This document shows, piece by piece, positions 36,430-44,913 of a DNA stretch of 64,000 bases. Under the pieces are notes generated by a model. That model saw only the letters and a list, made by a program, of their open reading frames with translations, did no database searches and was not told where the DNA came from. Source of the DNA: Hyalangium minutum (GTDB lineage: Bacteria > Myxococcota > Myxococcia > Myxococcales > Myxococcaceae). The DNA is taken from contig NZ_JMCB01000026.1 of NCBI RefSeq assembly GCF_000737315.1, positions 48,882-112,881 on the forward strand, in the 5' to 3' direction. Position 1 is the first letter of the stretch; every line of letters begins with the position of its first letter. Both the position numbers and the translations under genes were made by a program.

Positions 36430-38583
36430 TTAGATCAACAAGGTCGGAGCTCCCCAGCTAGCGATGTTGCCAACGTCAATTCCCTCGTGAAGGCGCTCGG
36501 CGACCGGTGCAGCATTGGGTAGTAGAGCAAGTCGTTGCAACATCGATTCTCGCCCAGCCAGCACGACCTGCATGCTCTCCCCGTACGCGTCCAGGTGGTC
36601 CTTGAGACGGACGTGCGCGTCGGCAAGGAGGACACCGAATGCGCCTGCGAACTGAAATCCAACCGGCCACAGGTGACTGATTACAGTCTGTGATCGGCCG
36701 ACGAGCACCGGTCCAAGGCCCACGCCAAGCGGCCCTCCGAACGTCGCCGAATGGCCGCCGCTACAGACGTTGAGAACGAGCAAGCGCCGGTCGCCACTTG
36801 GCGCTGGGAGTGCTGCCAAGTCGTCGAGGGACAATTCCTCACTCTCACCGAGTACTAGTGCGGAGCGCTCCAACTGAAATGAGCGGTATTCGCCATGGGC
36901 GGCGACCCAGAGCGCATCGTACCGAGTGTCCGAGTAAGCGGACTTGAAGGCGTCTGCTGTGGGAGAAATTCGGTCGACAGCGACACCTGCCCGCTCAAGT
37001 ATCGAGGTGACCGCGTCGAGTTCGAACGCGGACGACATAGTGTTGTCACCCAGAAGGGCGACGTGCCTGAGTGGACGCACAGGGAGTGGCTCGCGCAGCG
37101 ACACGCTCAGCGCGGCATTGTGTCCTCTATGCCGGAGGAGCAGCGGCTGGACTGGGACGGTCAGCCCAGGCGCCAGCACAAGCCGATCCGGCAGTGGCGT
37201 GCCGAACTCGGAAAGGGCGTCGAGACGCAGCAACCTTATTGACTCGGCTTCGAAACGGCGACCGTACTCCGGATGGGGATGCATCCCCCCCCCTCTTTGT
37301 CTCGGGCGAAGCGAGGGCTGGTCTCCGAAAAGGATCGTGACATCGAGGAACGCATTCAGGGCCGCCAGAAAATCTCCGAAATTCTCCTTCGGCGTTGTGT
37401 CCATTGGCGCAACTGTTTCGCCGGACACCCAAAGAGTGCCCACCGGATGTCCTGGCACCGCTAGCAGTGGCACTTGCACGAGTGGCTGGGCCGAAACATC
37501 TCCGGACCACGCGGCGAGAATCTCCACAACTGACGCGGCGTCGCCGCTCTCGGCGTATGCGCGAAGGACAGGCTGCAGCATCCGAAACGACTGACCCGCG
37601 CGCAGCAGTGCCTCGGTCGGTGACGCCGCTTGCTGCGCGCGTTCAGTGCGAATTGAGGCGAGGTCTTCGAGCAACTGGGAGTGAATTTCGCGAAGCCTTG
37701 CAGAGTCACCCCAGCACGAGGCAATCCGCAGGAGCAGTCGGTTTGCTGCACTATATCTGTCGAAATAGGTTGCGAGCGCACGGCGCGCGCGTTCCGCCTG
37801 CGGCTCGCTAGCAAACGGATACGTGTTCGTCGCCAGGAAAAGTTCGATCCCTGCGCGATCTCCTTCCGAGAGAATACCGGAATCGAGAAGCTCCAGCAGT
37901 GGTGCCGCCGCTGCTTGCGCATCCTGTGATTGGTAGCGAGCCGCCCACTGAGCCCGCTGCATCAACATGTCCAGCACCAAGCTGGGGAATGATGCCCGGG
38001 AGAAGATCCCCGCAGAAATCATTTTGCCGGGCACAGGAAAGATTTCCTGAGCGTGACTGAGCAAGTCCCCGGAACGTGCGCTGTGGGCGAACAGCGTTCC
38101 GAGCCAGTCGAGAACGGCATCCGTGACAAGCGCTCCGACGAGCGCCTGTGGAGCCGAAAGCGCGCCAGCGAGAGGGCTGTAATCGAACGTGTACTCGCCG
38201 TCGCCGCAATACTCCTCCACAGCAACCGCTCGGATGAGCCATTCGTGCGTGCGCGCAAGGTCACCGGTATCTAAGGCGGCTCGTGCGACGAGCCTCGCGA
38301 TGGCCAGTTTGACCCAGTCGAAGAGGAGACGCGACTCGTCACCGAACAACGCTCGTGCTGCTTGGAGTTCGCGAAGCAAGCCAACGGAAACCGCTTCGAG
38401 CGCGGTCAGGCCTGCACGAGTCCACTCGTTTTGCTGCTTCAGCTCTGCCGCGAGGAGGAGTTCTTGGAGAAACTGGAGAGGGTGAAAGGGAAGGCTCCGG
38501 GCAAATTCAGGCAGCACGTCTTCGGCGACGTCTGCCAACCTTGGAAACACCTCCACGAACCGACGTTGCGCGGGTTGGCTCAT
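36430..38583 (-). CDS. CHAT-domain (caspase-like) protease with helical N-terminal region
   Basis: C-terminal ALWVAAHG (His, 36895-36897) and LVLNVCSG (Cys, 36763-36765) dyad; ISHLWPV and W-G-A-P-T-L-L tail typical of CHAT. Confidence 0.85.
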   Translation of the reverse strand: MSQPAQRRFVEVFPRLADVAEDVLPEFARSLPFHPLQFLQELLLAAELKQQNEWTRAGLTALEAVSVGLLRELQAARALFGDESRLLFDWVKLAIARLVARAALDTGDLARTHEWLIRAVAVEEYCGDGEYTFDYSPLAGALSAPQALVGALVTDAVLDWLGTLFAHSARSGDLLSHAQEIFPVPGKMISAGIFSRASFPSLVLDMLMQRAQWAARYQSQDAQAAAAPLLELLDSGILSEGDRAGIELFLATNTYPFASEPQAERARRALATYFDRYSAANRLLLRIASCWGDSARLREIHSQLLEDLASIRTERAQQAASPTEALLRAGQSFRMLQPVLRAYAESGDAASVVEILAAWSGDVSAQPLVQVPLLAVPGHPVGTLWVSGETVAPMDTTPKENFGDFLAALNAFLDVTILFGDQPSLRPRQRGGGMHPHPEYGRRFEAESIRLLRLDALSEFGTPLPDRLVLAPGLTVPVQPLLLRHRGHNAALSVSLREPLPVRPLRHVALLGDNTMSSAFELDAVTSILERAGVAVDRISPTADAFKSAYSDTRYDALWVAAHGEYRSFQLERSALVLGESEELSLDDLAALPAPSGDRRLLVLNVCSGGHSATFGGPLGVGLGPVLVGRSQTVISHLWPVGFQFAGAFGVLLADAHVRLKDHLDAYGESMQVVLAGRESMLQRLALLPNAAPVAERLHEGIDVGNIASWGAPTLLI

Positions 38584-38641
38584 TTGCCTCGTTCTTCTTG
38601 GATGAGAAGGCTAGAATGCTGAGTAACAGGCAACAGACCAG

Positions 38642-39856
38642 CTACTTGTCCTCGCCACCACCATCTGTGGACGCTTTCTCAAGCGCGGCTTCAGCCTCTG
38701 CACGCCTCAGGCGCGAAGCTTCGCGGATGGAAGGTTCCAGCTCTCGCACGACGGCAACTGTAATTGCGTTTGCAAGCTCCCAGTGCTCATCAGGAGTCAG
38801 CTCTCTCCTCGCCGTCAACTCGGCAGCTTTCTCCCAATAGGGAAGAATGATCCTTCGCAACCAGTGCTGCCTCTGAATACCAAAGACCTCAGGCAAAAGG
38901 CTGTTCAATTGCGCGAGAGCCGTTTCCCGGAACTCCTCGTAACTCAGTCGAGCACACGACTCAAAGCTTGGAATCACCATTTTGAGATCGGCTGAAGCGT
39001 TCTGTCGATCACTTCTGCCAAGCTGGTCGACCCGGTAACTGTAGCTGAAATTCTTGTCCAGCGTGCAGGTGGCCAAGTTGACGACGAATGAGAGCAGTCC
39101 GAAGTAGGTGACGAGACCGGTGACCTGCCCAGTAGCGGCAGTGCCATGCACAATGACGAGATGATCTAGACGGCCCATTGGAGCGCTCTCTGGTCGCCGA
39201 ATGTCTACAGGCGCGACTTGCACGGGCAACACTTCTGGCTGTGTACCATGCATTACAAACTGACGGATCGAGTTGAACTCGGGGCGAAGAAAGAGCGCTT
39301 GTTCGTGCATGCCTAGCTGATTGCAGGCAATCTTCGCGGTGGCCCTGTATGGATCTCGGTCCCAGATCTCCACGGGAAAGGTCAGTTTTGGCATCAACCC
39401 GATGTGCTTGGTGGCAAGCGACTCGACCTGCTTCATCACCTCATCTAGAGACAGGCCGAGTTGCTTTACCTTCTTTCTGAGAGCCTGACGTATCTCCGGC
39501 ATGCCTGGTGCCGAGCCATTAATGTGCAGCTCTCTTCCAATGACCTGTACGTCCAGTTTGGGCGTGGGGCGCACGACTCCACCGGCTCTGACCTCATAGG
39601 TTTCGCCATCGACGGACGTTGCCTGCATCGCAGGGGCAGGCTCGTTCGGTTTCCTATCTGAGCGGGCATCGAGTGGGACCGTAATGGGTCGAAGTGCCTG
39701 TGCCAGTGCGGCATCAATACTGCCGCCAAAGTAGTCGTTAGTGAATTTGTCGATGAGTTCGCACGAGATGAGCTGGCCTCCCAGGAAGTTTGGGATGATG
39801 TGCTCCTTGCTCGGTACTTGGATGGCTTTTTCTGTGTAGATATCGATACTCATCAT
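38642..39856 (-). CDS. HNH endonuclease-like protein (HNH_5 type) with long C-terminal region
   Basis: N-terminal SKEHIIPNFLGG...NDYFG motif. Start set at MMSIDIY (39856). Confidence 0.75.
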   Translation of the reverse strand: MMSIDIYTEKAIQVPSKEHIIPNFLGGQLISCELIDKFTNDYFGGSIDAALAQALRPITVPLDARSDRKPNEPAPAMQATSVDGETYEVRAGGVVRPTPKLDVQVIGRELHINGSAPGMPEIRQALRKKVKQLGLSLDEVMKQVESLATKHIGLMPKLTFPVEIWDRDPYRATAKIACNQLGMHEQALFLRPEFNSIRQFVMHGTQPEVLPVQVAPVDIRRPESAPMGRLDHLVIVHGTAATGQVTGLVTYFGLLSFVVNLATCTLDKNFSYSYRVDQLGRSDRQNASADLKMVIPSFESCARLSYEEFRETALAQLNSLLPEVFGIQRQHWLRRIILPYWEKAAELTARRELTPDEHWELANAITVAVVRELEPSIREASRLRRAEAEAALEKASTDGGGEDK

Positions 39857-39950
39857 AAAAGCCCATTTTCGATGAAAAGAGGGTGGTGGCCAGTGGTCTC
39901 CACCAATAGCGCACATTGTAGCTTGTGCCCACGGTGAGTGACCCGACGAA

Positions 39951-40520
39951 CTACACCTCCTTGAACTTCGTCCCCGTGGCTCCGATGTGCTCTAGGGCCT
40001 CCTTGACCTCCTCGGAGACGATGAGGGCGATGGTCCACCCCCAAGGGCGGAAGATCTTGGCATCCCCCACCTTCGAGGGATCAATTCGCATACCGGCCAC
40101 GGCTCGGTACTTGCCGGTCTTCTCCGGACGCCCATCCTCTGGAGTCCAATACTCCACCTCCTCGGACGCTTCATCGTCGATGCACCTCACCAGACGAGTG
40201 ACATTCACGAGGCAGAAGTGATCTGGCTGTCCGTCGATCTCGACAGGGAAGAGCTGGACATCCTCAGGGGCTAGCTCCTTCAGGAGCGAAGCGACCTTGG
40301 CGTGGACAACAGGAATGGCCCCAGCATCCGCGAGCGAAAAGTCGAGCGTCTTGCCAAGGCGATAGAGGGGAACTCGCAGCCGTCCCTGGACTTGAGCGGG
40401 ATCCCCCCTCATGAACAGCCACGCCCCATGATCCTGTCCTACCGCATTGATGGGCATGCCCAGATGCCATCGGCCGGCAATGTGAACGTCATCGGAGAGG
40501 TCGAAGTACCGCTTCGCCAT
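39951..40520 (-). CDS. Imm11/DUF1629-type immunity protein
   Basis: RYFDLSDD...RWHL...LDFS...IPVVH...VQLFPV...CIDDEASE...IFRPWGW..ALIVSEEVK resembles myxobacterial immunity proteins paired with AHH-type toxins (recognised from memory). Confidence 0.75.
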   Translation of the reverse strand: MAKRYFDLSDDVHIAGRWHLGMPINAVGQDHGAWLFMRGDPAQVQGRLRVPLYRLGKTLDFSLADAGAIPVVHAKVASLLKELAPEDVQLFPVEIDGQPDHFCLVNVTRLVRCIDDEASEEVEYWTPEDGRPEKTGKYRAVAGMRIDPSKVGDAKIFRPWGWTIALIVSEEVKEALEHIGATGTKFKEV

Positions 40521-40535
40521 CGTCGGTTCCTTGAG

Positions 40536-40893
40536 TCATGGGCTCCGCGTCACCAGCTTGTTGAGCCATGTACCCGGGGTGGAGATCTGTCGTCCCGGCC
40601 GTTGGAGTTCGCCCGTCAGTGCCGGTACCAGCCACTGCGCGGGGAGAGTTCAAGCAGTTCCCGCGCTACTTTCTCCGGGTTAACTGAGAGCCTCTTCTGC
40701 CAGACCTCCTTTGCGATGGCCGGTGGGTGAACTCCTCCTCCTCCAACTCCACGGGACGGGCATCGTTCGCGCGTGGGACATGGATGAAGGGCTCACCATG
40801 GCCCGTGTCGAGGTGCACCACGCGCGTGCTGCTGCAAACAGTGGACAGTGTCCAGACAAACCAAAACTGCCCACCGACAAACTGTGGCTGAAG
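40536..40893 (-). pseudogene. Collapsed lipoprotein-toxin gene (N-terminal and C-terminal remnants only)
   Basis: Frame A reads ...WFVWTLSTVC SSTRVVHLDTGHGEPFIHVPRANDARPVELEEEEF. After a frameshift: AIAKEV...NPEKVARELLELSPRSGWYR. This joins near 40622 to ALTGELQRPGRQISTPGTWLNKLVTRSP-stop, directly upstream of the immunity gene. Confidence 0.65.
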
Positions 40894-41013
40894 CCTGTCC
40901 AGGAATTCACAGCCTCGGCCCTGGCCGGCGCGCCCATCTTCCTATACTTCAGCCCTCACTCTCAGCATGGCCTCTATCCTGTCTATGCTCATGCTCAAGC
41001 GGGAGAACTTCCA

Positions 41014-41979
41014 TCAGCTACTGACGGAGATAGCGTTGATCTGGCCTGGGTATGTGAAGTTCCCGATCAGATCCAGCAAGTCGCCAGCAGACACCACAAT
41101 ATAATCCAGAACGATTAATGTCTCCGCCTCCGTCAACGCCTTATCGGAGATGATGTTAAGCGGCGTCGAGTGGAGGAGTTTGCTCGTATAAGGGTAGAGG
41201 AACCGATAGTGCTTTTCCATGCCAGCGTCCTTCGCGCGATCGGCCCAATTCCATTTATTGATCGCTATGCCGAACATTCGCGCATCGAGCAGGGATGGCA
41301 GCACAGTATCGAACTCCGCCTTGTGCTGAATTACCTTACTCAACTGCCCCTGGTACTTAGGGATGGTCTTCGTTCTCAGCAGATGGGCTTGGTAGCCGTA
41401 CCCGTTCGAAGTGGCCGGTTCCGAAAACAAGCTGAACTCGCGCCGAACCATGTCGTCCAGCATGTCGGTTTTTGACCTATGCTCGGCTTGCGCCTCTGCA
41501 ATCGCTTCCGGCGATGGATCGCTGGCAACTATTTCGCCAACTGTCGACATCAGAGCGTGGTCATCAAGTTCTTCGACAGACTCAAACAGATCTGCCTCAT
41601 CCGAGATCTTCGTGATCAGGCCCTGGAGGCTGTCGATTTGCCCTCGAAGGAGTTGGCTGTAGAAAACCAAGCCATATCGGTGGTCATTCGACATGAGCCG
41701 AAGCCAGGCTAAGTTCTCAAAAATGTTGCGAGCTATGGCTAGCAGCTCAAGGGTTTCATATGGCCCGTCCCGTCGAAGGAGGCCCTCTAATTTGTCGAGA
41801 GTGCCAAGGTGAGCGAGGTGAATCCACCAAATGGCGGAGTGGTTGCGTTCCCGCTCAGAGGAAAGCCTGAATTCGAGGAGCGTCCGCTGCCCAGCAGCGC
41901 GGGCTCGGATGAGCGGAGCACGGTTACGGACGGTATTTCTAAATTCGTCTATCAGCGACTGAGCTGTCCTAGCGCCCAT
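41014..41979 (-). CDS. DUF5677/HEPN-like helical protein
   Basis: ARNIFE (RxxxE) and WxxRA...GM..HY..LY..TSKLLH motifs. ATG 41979 has a purine-rich RBS. Confidence 0.55.
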   Translation of the reverse strand: MGARTAQSLIDEFRNTVRNRAPLIRARAAGQRTLLEFRLSSERERNHSAIWWIHLAHLGTLDKLEGLLRRDGPYETLELLAIARNIFENLAWLRLMSNDHRYGLVFYSQLLRGQIDSLQGLITKISDEADLFESVEELDDHALMSTVGEIVASDPSPEAIAEAQAEHRSKTDMLDDMVRREFSLFSEPATSNGYGYQAHLLRTKTIPKYQGQLSKVIQHKAEFDTVLPSLLDARMFGIAINKWNWADRAKDAGMEKHYRFLYPYTSKLLHSTPLNIISDKALTEAETLIVLDYIVVSAGDLLDLIGNFTYPGQINAISVSS

Positions 41980-42161
41980 CCTGCCCCCTTTTTGGTATAG
42001 GCCAGTGAAAAAGCCTAGCTTGGGTAGGTACAATATCCGGTTTGGCTCGCACACGCATGATTGTCAGATCAGAGGCGATGTGGTGCCAGAGGCCTTCTGC
42101 ATCCACCGGGCCCGACGCCGCACCGCTCTGGCCTTCCGCCACTGAAGCGACCGCATTGGGA

Positions 42162-42190
42162 GGATAGAGCGGCAGTTTCCTAAACCGCAG
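42162..42190 (+). repeat. tRNA-Arg(CCT)-like fragment; right att-like direct repeat overlapping the ACAD stop
   Basis: GGATAGAGC G GCAGT TTCCTAA ACCGC AG. CTA at 42180-42182 is the ACAD TAG, and ACCGCAG is ACAD coding sequence that completes the anticodon stem. Confidence 0.85.
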
Positions 42191-43985
42191 ACAGCGGATA
42201 GCCGCCAGCCTTCTCCACCGCCGCCACGATCTGCTCGCGCAACTCCGTGGGGTTATACGGAGTGAAGAGCTGAAGTGGCGCAATCCGGGCCAGGTGCTGC
42301 TGGAGCGCCTCGCCCTTCGCCGAAGCGCACAGCGCGCGCCGCGTCCGCTCGAACGAGCGGGCCATGGCCTCCATCCCGTACAGCCGCGCCATCGCCACCC
42401 GGGTCGCATCCAGCGCCCCATCGGAGGCGCTCTGCCGCGTGCGCGTCACCATCGAGTCCAGCGCGAACGCGTCCATCACCACGTCCGACAGCCCCGCCAG
42501 CACCTCCTGGTGCTGATCCAGCTCCGTGCCGAACGTCTCCGCCGCCACCTTGAGCCCGTAGAGCGCCATGCGCTTGAGGCACTCCGCCGCGCGCTCCTCC
42601 GCCGCCAGCGCGTCCTCCCGGCGCGCCCGCGGCACCCCACCCTGCTCCAGCTCGTCCTCCACCGACTGCGCCACCGCCATCAGCGGAAGCTGCCCCTTCA
42701 CCGCCCGCTTCAGCAGCAGCCCGGTGATGAGCATCCGGTTGATCTCGTTCGTGCCCTCGAAGATGCGGTTGATGCGCGCATCCCGGTACGCCCGCTCCAC
42801 CGGATACTCCTCGATGTAGCCCGCCCCGCCGTGGATCTGCACCGCGTCGTCCACCAGCTGCCCGATCGCCTCCGAGCCGAACACCTTCATGATCGACGAC
42901 TCGATCGCGTACTCCTCGATGGCCGCTATCACGTGCGCGTCGTAGTCCTTCGCCTGCCGCTCGTGCCCCGCCAGCTTCCCGTCCACCAGCCCCGCCGTCC
43001 GGTACGTCATGGACTCGTTCGCGTAGATCACCGTGGCCATGCGCGCGAACTTCTCGCGCGTCAGCGGGAAGCTCACCACCGGCGTGCCGAACTGCTTGCG
43101 CTCCTGGGCAAAGCCCAGCGCGTTCTCGAGCTGGATCTTCATCCCGCCCGTCACACCCGCCCCCAGCTTGAGCCGGCCGTAGTTGAGGATGTTGAACGCG
43201 ATCTTGTGCCCGCGGCCGATCTCCCCCAGCACGTTCTCCACCGGCACCCGCGCGTCCTCGAAGTACAGCGGGCATGTGGACGAGCCACGGATGCCCATCT
43301 TGTGCTCCTCGGGCCCCACCGTGAATCCCGGCGTGTCCTTCTCCACGATGAAGCCCGTGAACTTGTCCCCGTCCACCTTCGCGAACACCACGAACACATC
43401 CGCGAACGCCGCGTTCGTGATGTAGAGCTTCGAGCCGTTCAGCACGTAGTGCTTCCCGTCGGGCGACAGCACTGCCTTCGTCTTCGCCCCGAGCGCATCG
43501 CTCCCGCTGCCCTGCTCCGTCAGCGCGTACGCCGCCACCCACTCGCCCGTGGCCAGCTTCGGCAGGTACTTCGCCTTCTGCTCCTCGTTGCCGAACCAGA
43601 CGATCGGCAGCGTGCCAATGCCCGTGTGCGCGCTGAACGTCACCGACCAGGAGCCCATGACGCTCATGGCCTCGGTGATCAACATGGACGTCGTCTTGTC
43701 CAACCCCAGCCCGCCGTAGGCCTCGGGGATGTCGATCATCAGCAGGCCCAGCTCGCCCGCGCGCCGCAGCAGCTCTTTCAGCAGCGCGTTGTCCTTGGAC
43801 TCGATGCGCTCGGCCTGCGGCAGCACCTGCTCACGGCTGAACTGCATCGCTGTCTTCAGGTACAGGCGATGGTCTTCCGTGAACTGCTCCGGCGTCATGA
43901 TGCGCTGCGAGCCCACCTCCTCGAGGAGGAACGCGCCACCTGCGGGCAGCTCGGTGGACTGCGACGTCTCGGTACTTGCGGCCAT
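42180..43985 (-). CDS. Acyl-CoA dehydrogenase (long form)
   Basis: YALTEQGSGSDA, LNGSKLYITN, KMGIRGS, RKQFG, QIHGGAGY and RINRIFEGTNEI motifs. Confidence 0.97.
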   Translation of the reverse strand: MAASTETSQSTELPAGGAFLLEEVGSQRIMTPEQFTEDHRLYLKTAMQFSREQVLPQAERIESKDNALLKELLRRAGELGLLMIDIPEAYGGLGLDKTTSMLITEAMSVMGSWSVTFSAHTGIGTLPIVWFGNEEQKAKYLPKLATGEWVAAYALTEQGSGSDALGAKTKAVLSPDGKHYVLNGSKLYITNAAFADVFVVFAKVDGDKFTGFIVEKDTPGFTVGPEEHKMGIRGSSTCPLYFEDARVPVENVLGEIGRGHKIAFNILNYGRLKLGAGVTGGMKIQLENALGFAQERKQFGTPVVSFPLTREKFARMATVIYANESMTYRTAGLVDGKLAGHERQAKDYDAHVIAAIEEYAIESSIMKVFGSEAIGQLVDDAVQIHGGAGYIEEYPVERAYRDARINRIFEGTNEINRMLITGLLLKRAVKGQLPLMAVAQSVEDELEQGGVPRARREDALAAEERAAECLKRMALYGLKVAAETFGTELDQHQEVLAGLSDVVMDAFALDSMVTRTRQSASDGALDATRVAMARLYGMEAMARSFERTRRALCASAKGEALQQHLARIAPLQLFTPYNPTELREQIVAAVEKAGGYPLSAV

Positions 43986-44094
43986 CTGGCACCTCCCACG
44001 GGCGTGCCCTCTTGCTCAGCACGCATGGTGAAAACACCGCGTGGGCAAGGTATGGCGCACCGCAACACGGCGCCACTAAGGAAGCAGCGTTTTC

Positions 44095-44913
44095 CTACCC
44101 ACCGTCCCGAGGCCGGTGAGGGGTGGGATAAACCAAACAGAGCGTCTCGAAGAGCGGCTCTCCTGGCGCTGTGTATACAGCGCTCAGCGCCCGCACCGCC
44201 TGCGCCACCTCCGTCCCGAACGAAGGCACCAGGCAGATATCTTCGGCCGTCTTGAAGCGGCCCTTGAGCCGCTCCAGCCCCTTGCGCAGCGTGGCGATGT
44301 CCTGCTTGCCACCCCGCACCGGAACCGAGGGCCCGTTGGGGTCTCTCCCCGGCAGCTTCCCCACGCTCGTGGTCAGCTCGAAGCCGTCCGAGCGCTGGAT
44401 GATGCGCAGCTTCCCCGGCGCCACCTCCGCCAGCCACGCCCGGAAGCCCTCCTCGTCCCTCAGCACCAGCCGGTAGGCCACCGCCGTATCCGGATGCTTC
44501 AGCCACACCTCCGCCGCCGAGTCCCTCAGCATTTCCAGCAGCTCGGAGGTCTGCGCCAGGAACGTGTCCGCGTCCGGCACCACCAGCACCACCTTCCCCC
44601 GCACGCCCTCCGCCAACCGCTCCGCCTCTTCGGGACGGCGCGGCGAGAAGCGCTCCGCACCGAGCTGCACGGCCTCTCCCGCCAGCTCCAACTTCAGCGC
44701 CTTTGCTGGCACCTCCTCGCCGTACACCTCCGCGGGCGCGAGGCGGAACAGGGCCTCGGCGTCCTCCCCCATCCCCGCATCCACCGGGTCAGCAGCGAGC
44801 GGAGCCAGCGGTGGGGGCGCCAGCGACGTGAGCGGCTCGGCCGGCTTCTCCTCCCGGCACCCAGCTCCCAGCAGGAGCGCCGCCAGGAGCACCTCGGGCC
44901 CTGCCCTCCTCAT
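44095..44913 (-). CDS. Hypothetical lipoprotein
   Basis: MRRAGPEVLLAALLLGAGC lipobox; ATG overlaps the upstream stop (ATGA coupling). Confidence 0.8.
   Translation of the reverse strand: MRRAGPEVLLAALLLGAGCREEKPAEPLTSLAPPPLAPLAADPVDAGMGEDAEALFRLAPAEVYGEEVPAKALKLELAGEAVQLGAERFSPRRPEEAERLAEGVRGKVVLVVPDADTFLAQTSELLEMLRDSAAEVWLKHPDTAVAYRLVLRDEEGFRAWLAEVAPGKLRIIQRSDGFELTTSVGKLPGRDPNGPSVPVRGGKQDIATLRKGLERLKGRFKTAEDICLVPSFGTEVAQAVRALSAVYTAPGEPLFETLCLVYPTPHRPRDGG

Larger units (their letters stand above)
36132..42190. mobile_element. Integrase-less genomic island bracketed by tRNA-Arg-derived direct repeats
   Basis: 22-bp repeat GGATAGAGCGGC(G/A)GTTTCCTAA at 36140-36161 and 42162-42183. Visibly lower GC and atypical codon use inside. 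Defence/toxin-type cargo. No integrase ORF recognised. Confidence 0.75.

Noticed and set aside
40711-41118. 135-aa + strand ORF in the island
   Set aside because: It lies antisense to the toxin pseudogene remnant, has no recognisable motif and no evident RBS.
36162-42161. Integrase or transposase within the island
   Set aside because: No ORF shows tyrosine-recombinase (R...H-x-x-R...Y), serine-recombinase or DDE motifs that I can recognise.
41969-42421. 150-aa minus-strand ORF crossing the right repeat
   Set aside because: An alternative frame of the ACAD 3' end running into island DNA; no motif support.
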